A stretch of DNA of 64,000 bases from Bacteroidales bacterium (lineage in GTDB: Bacteria > Bacteroidota > Bacteroidia > Bacteroidales > VadinHA17). Shown here in pieces: positions 60,611 to 64,000 of this stretch. The position numbers and the translations under genes are program-made. The stretch lies in contig PLLO01000001.1 of NCBI GenBank assembly GCA_003142255.1, positions 17,839-81,838 on the forward strand. The letters run 5' to 3'. Numbering within the stretch: the first letter of the stretch is position 1; each line of letters opens with the position of its first letter. The notes below the pieces were generated by a model. It ran no database searches, was not told where the DNA came from, and saw only the letters and a list, made by a program, of their open reading frames with translations.

Positions 60611-60684
60611 AATTTCCCCCCTTTGAAGGGGGTTGGAGGATGTTTTTAAACTTACATCCCCCCGCCCTCCTCAAGGGGGAATTT
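60611..60684. repeat. CCCCC-N-GGGGG REP-like element, copy 4 (inverted pair)
   Basis: AATTTCCCCCCTTTGAAGGGGGTTGGAGGATGT...ACATCCCCCCGCCCTCCTCAAGGGGGAATT; lies between convergent genes. Confidence 0.7.
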
Positions 60685-60693
60685 TATTGTCAG

Positions 60694-62979
60694 CTAATTT
60701 ATCACGAGGATTTTTGTAACACACGACTGTGATCCGTCGCTGCTCGCGCAGAAAACAATGTAGACTCCCGTTGCCACCCGTTTCCCATTGTAAGTGGAGA
60801 GGTCCCAGGATGCCATACCGCCATCGGATCTGGTTTTATATACCAGGTTTCCGCTTACATCAGTGATCCTGATTTCCGTATCCCTGACAAGCCCCGTAAT
60901 TGTTACATTTCCTGTAAAATCTTGTCTTACCGGATTTGGGAATGAGTAAACATTTGTAAAAGATTCCTTTCCTGCAACGGCATCTCCACGGTAAGAGATA
61001 ATTCCCTTTGAAGTTGCAAGCCAGACATCTCCTGTCTTGTTGTCTACTGAAACACTTGCAATTACATTAGAAAACAGCGGGCTGTTTTCCTCGTTCAGGT
61101 TCTTGAGCTGCTTCGTGCCGTCTGCCGAAAGAAGATATGCTCCTGAACTCATTGTCCCCAGCCACTTCCTGTTAGCGCCGTCAACGGAAATCGAGGTAAT
61201 TGTTTCTGTTCCCAGCATATAATCGGCAAGACCAGTCCCGTCATTCCTCGGCACTTTTATCCTGTATGCCTTAAGATCCCCTTCAAAGACTTTCTCGGGA
61301 TTATAATATATAAGAGGACCCTTGTCTGTTCCCACCCAGATATTTCCGTCAAGATCTTCAGCTATGGAATAAACATAGGAGATTATCTCATTATCGGAAT
61401 CTGTGACAGACATTTTAATGTAACTGTCATCATTAAAGTTGGAAAGGGTTCCGTGATCGTCATAAACCGCAAGGCCGTAGCCTCTTGGCAATACTATCCA
61501 TTTTTGACCGGTCCTGGTAATGATGATATCGCCTATATCGTCAGCATCAATTGTTAAAGGATTAACAATCCAGGTTACTCCGTCAGGCTTAAGAATCTTG
61601 ATACTTCCCGTAACTTCAGTCTGTGTGATCCAGAGGTTTCTATCCTTATCCATTGCCAGGCCGCAAATACGGACATAGGGTTTTCCCGGGATTATAGTCT
61701 GCAAAGGAGAATTTGCATCATTATACTGTTTTACCAGGAGGTTGTTTTTATATTCAAGCAATCCTCCACCCCAGGTAGAAACAAAAAAATGGGTATTGTC
61801 CGAAGGATCTATTACCGTTCTCATTGCATCGGAAATAACTGACGAGGAAATATTTGTCCAGGTATTATCTTCATGCATTGATATCTGCAGGGGTCTCCAT
61901 AGATTATTCCATGCTGCATCAATGCCTCCTCCGCATATAATTGTTTTTCCGTCCTTCGACGTAATACTGATAGCATTGTTCGAAACCGGTCCGGGAAGTG
62001 TCAGCGCAGAAAACTCAGTAACGTTACTTCCCATAATAAGTCCTGCATTGCTATCGGCAATCCATAAAGTGCTGCCGTCTTTAATTATCTGTGCAATTGC
62101 CGGGCTCCCCCATCCGTAGCTCGAAATGGTCCTGTTCAGTGTTCCGTCAATGTTATAAATGCTTGCTGAGCTTCCTGAAGATATCGTAAAGCCGTTATCG
62201 TAATTATCAAATGAGCTATAGAAAAGACCGGGGACAAATGAAAATACCGAAGTGCTGCCCTGGATGGCATAAATTGTATCTCCTGTAAAATATTTGCCAG
62301 TCCTGTTTACATAAAGCTTGTTTCCGGAAAACAGTGCAAGGTTGTAATTTCCGCCAGGCGAAGGAAGTGCGGTCAGAAGCCAGTTCCCAAAATATGCCAA
62401 ACCTGAATTGCCGATATCAGCAGAATAGACCCCCATGTTTGTGGCCGCATACACCTTTCCGTTGCCAAAAGCTATGTCATTTACCTCGGCAGCTTCCGAA
62501 TCGTTGCCGGGCTTCCAGGTATCGAAGATCTCATTCTTTGCTATATCGATGACGACAATGCCGAAGCTGCAGGCAAGATAGGCATACCTGCCGCTGGTTT
62601 TGATCCTGTTCACGCTCTTGTTCCCGGGGATATATTTTCTTTCTATATCAGGGATATTATATATCGAACTTCCTTTAACGAGGTCAATATTTGTTGTCGT
62701 GTAGGCAATGATGAGAGTGTTGTTTTCTTCGGACCATGCAATTGTACTTATTCCGGTTCCTGAGAGCCCGTTTACCTTTGACAGCTTCCTGAGCTCTGCA
62801 TACTGTTTGTTATAGACAATGACAGACGAGCCTGTTGATGCGAATACTTCCTTTGAACCTGCTGCAACACATAATGCGCTGTTATATATCAGGTGATCAG
62901 TCCATTCCCCGACAGGCGTCTGAGCCATTGTGAATGATGAAAATATAATTATGCCGGTTATAGTCAGGTACCTTCTCAT
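60694..62979 (-). CDS. porZ: Type IX secretion system component PorZ
   Basis: Signal peptide; beta-propeller repeats (WIAD, IWVGT, DGANRKWLGT); C-terminal T9SS-type domain (FPNPVR..WD...G.RVATGVY..KILVI); adjacent to recO. Confidence 0.85.
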   Translation of the reverse strand: MRRYLTITGIIIFSSFTMAQTPVGEWTDHLIYNSALCVAAGSKEVFASTGSSVIVYNKQYAELRKLSKVNGLSGTGISTIAWSEENNTLIIAYTTTNIDLVKGSSIYNIPDIERKYIPGNKSVNRIKTSGRYAYLACSFGIVVIDIAKNEIFDTWKPGNDSEAAEVNDIAFGNGKVYAATNMGVYSADIGNSGLAYFGNWLLTALPSPGGNYNLALFSGNKLYVNRTGKYFTGDTIYAIQGSTSVFSFVPGLFYSSFDNYDNGFTISSGSSASIYNIDGTLNRTISSYGWGSPAIAQIIKDGSTLWIADSNAGLIMGSNVTEFSALTLPGPVSNNAISITSKDGKTIICGGGIDAAWNNLWRPLQISMHEDNTWTNISSSVISDAMRTVIDPSDNTHFFVSTWGGGLLEYKNNLLVKQYNDANSPLQTIIPGKPYVRICGLAMDKDRNLWITQTEVTGSIKILKPDGVTWIVNPLTIDADDIGDIIITRTGQKWIVLPRGYGLAVYDDHGTLSNFNDDSYIKMSVTDSDNEIISYVYSIAEDLDGNIWVGTDKGPLIYYNPEKVFEGDLKAYRIKVPRNDGTGLADYMLGTETITSISVDGANRKWLGTMSSGAYLLSADGTKQLKNLNEENSPLFSNVIASVSVDNKTGDVWLATSKGIISYRGDAVAGKESFTNVYSFPNPVRQDFTGNVTITGLVRDTEIRITDVSGNLVYKTRSDGGMASWDLSTYNGKRVATGVYIVFCASSDGSQSCVTKILVIN

Positions 62980-62994
62980 CAGAAAATTAAACTG

Positions 62995-63612
62995 TTAATT
63001 CCGGTCTTTATTGTCCTTTAGGTTATACTGGTAAAGAAACTCCTTCAGCTTATTAAATGCCCTGGCCCTGTGCGAAATTTTATTCTTGTCATTAAGAGGC
63101 ATCTCCGCATAAGTAAGATTGCTGCCGGCAGGAACAAAAACAGGGTCATATCCGAATCCTTCCCTGCCTCTTCTTTCAGAGATAATAGTCCCCTCAGAGA
63201 TCCCCTCAAAAATATACTCTTTGCCATCAAGTATGAGGGCAATAATTGTTCTGAACCGGGCTTTCCTGTTTTCAGAGCTGCCCATGAGGTCAAGCAACTT
63301 ATCAATATTGTCGTCAGAATTTTTGTCTTCTCCTGCGAATCGTGCTGAGTGAACTCCCGGAAGTCCGTTCAAAGCATCTGTTTCAAGCCCGGTATCGTCG
63401 GCAAAAACATCCATATTCAGAATTCCGTAAACGTGCCTGGCTTTATGCATTGCATTTCCTTCGAGCGATGGTTCATTTTCAGGGATATCTTCCTCTATAT
63501 TTAAATCTTTGAGGCTTAACAGCTTGAAACTGTCGCCCAGGATATCCCTGATCTCTGTTAGTTTATGATCATTATTTGTGGCAAAGACTAATTGCATTTT
63601 TTCAGCGTTCAT
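62995..63612 (-). CDS. rdgB: Non-canonical purine NTP pyrophosphatase (RdgB/HAM1)
   Basis: FATNNDHK, ADDTGL, PGVHSAR, FGYDPVF, KNKISHR. Confidence 0.96.
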   Translation of the reverse strand: MNAEKMQLVFATNNDHKLTEIRDILGDSFKLLSLKDLNIEEDIPENEPSLEGNAMHKARHVYGILNMDVFADDTGLETDALNGLPGVHSARFAGEDKNSDDNIDKLLDLMGSSENRKARFRTIIALILDGKEYIFEGISEGTIISERRGREGFGYDPVFVPAGSNLTYAEMPLNDKNKISHRARAFNKLKEFLYQYNLKDNKDRN

Positions 63613-63619
63613 GTTGAAG

Positions 63620-63677
63620 CAAAAGTACTTAAAATTGATCTTTCCTTTTGACCAAAGTATATTAAGTGCTACATTTG
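63620..63677. promoter_or_regulatory. Divergent -7 promoter elements
   Basis: TACTTTTG (minus strand, 63620-63627) for rdgB and TACATTTG (plus strand, 63670-63677) for the last gene. Confidence 0.55.
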
Positions 63678-63700
63678 AGTTACTTTATCTCAGCATTTTT

Positions 63701-64000
63701 ATGTTTCAGGGCAGGAATATTTTAAAGAGGAATGGCATTCTTTTCATCTCACTACTCCTTCCTTCAATCTCTTCAGCAGGGTTTCCGTCGAGTCAGGAAT
63801 CGGTTCCTGTTCTGAAGCAGATTATTATAAACGGAGATTCGATAATTCCGTGTCCTGTCTGCAAAAATCTCACCCTCGATTTCAGGCATCGCGATATAGC
63901 CTTTGATTTTACCGGGACTGATACCTCGACGTATCAATTTATGCTTGAGGGGTTTGATAAAAAGTGGAGCTATCCGCGGTCATCAGCTTTTATGGAATAC
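63701..64000 (+). CDS. Partial gene with a Y_Y_Y (triple-tyrosine) sensor-associated domain; runs off the window
   Basis: Not in the ORF track. Open 100 codons: hydrophobic N-terminus...IAFDFTG..TYQFMLEGFDKKWSY..AFMEY. Confidence 0.7.
   Translation, partial: MFQGRNILKRNGILFISLLLPSISSAGFPSSQESVPVLKQIIINGDSIIPCPVCKNLTLDFRHRDIAFDFTGTDTSTYQFMLEGFDKKWSYPRSSAFMEY

Noticed and set aside
2173-60684. Repeats as a possible CRISPR array
   Set aside because: They are dispersed palindromes rather than regularly spaced direct repeats with unique spacers, and no cas genes are present
1245-63352. Numerous 60-160 aa ORFs antisense to or nested in long genes
   Set aside because: Shadow ORFs with no motifs, fully explained by the opposite-strand or in-frame real genes

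Overview
A gene-dense 64 kb segment of a Bacteroidota chromosome, probably an anaerobic Bacteroidales/Marinilabiliales-type organism. The assignment rests on TAnnTTTG promoters, porZ, DUF3078-mscL, PspC/PadR and rubrerythrin. Left to right: (i) a pectin/hemicellulose CAZyme cluster (GH106-like, CE15, GH16, CE12, GH43-GH28 fusion); (ii) a crtI plus phytoene/squalene synthase pair; (iii) a tightly coupled operon of P2A Ca-ATPase, CDP-alcohol phosphotransferase, MFS transporter and small alarmone synthetase; (iv) GH95 coupled to an ABC exporter, then mscL, DUF3078 and YegP; (v) a 70-aa gene that looks like an internally deleted DUF853/HerA-like ATPase, followed by several hypotheticals, one with lytic-transglycosylase-like and one with ADP-ribosyltransferase-like motifs; (vi) a proB-proA-aconitase-icd-citrate synthase operon; (vii) flavin reductase-rubredoxin and rubrerythrin; (viii) pspC-padR-pspC; (ix) an OYE, SdhA-like flavoprotein and SDR cluster followed by YceI and a FucP-like permease; (x) tRNA-Asn, a PfkB kinase, a stand-alone SecD-head lipoprotein, an M16 protease, dNK, GH3 and recO; (xi) a class III cyclase-HD fusion, porZ, rdgB and a partial Y_Y_Y gene. 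Intergenic regions carry at least four families of REP/MITE-like palindromes. No CRISPR array, prophage, integrase or transposase is visible. The best candidates for an undescribed system are the ATPase/CDP-AP/MFS/SAS operon, the cyclase-HD protein and the OYE-flavoprotein-SDR pathway. All calls come from reading motifs by eye; no database search was run.
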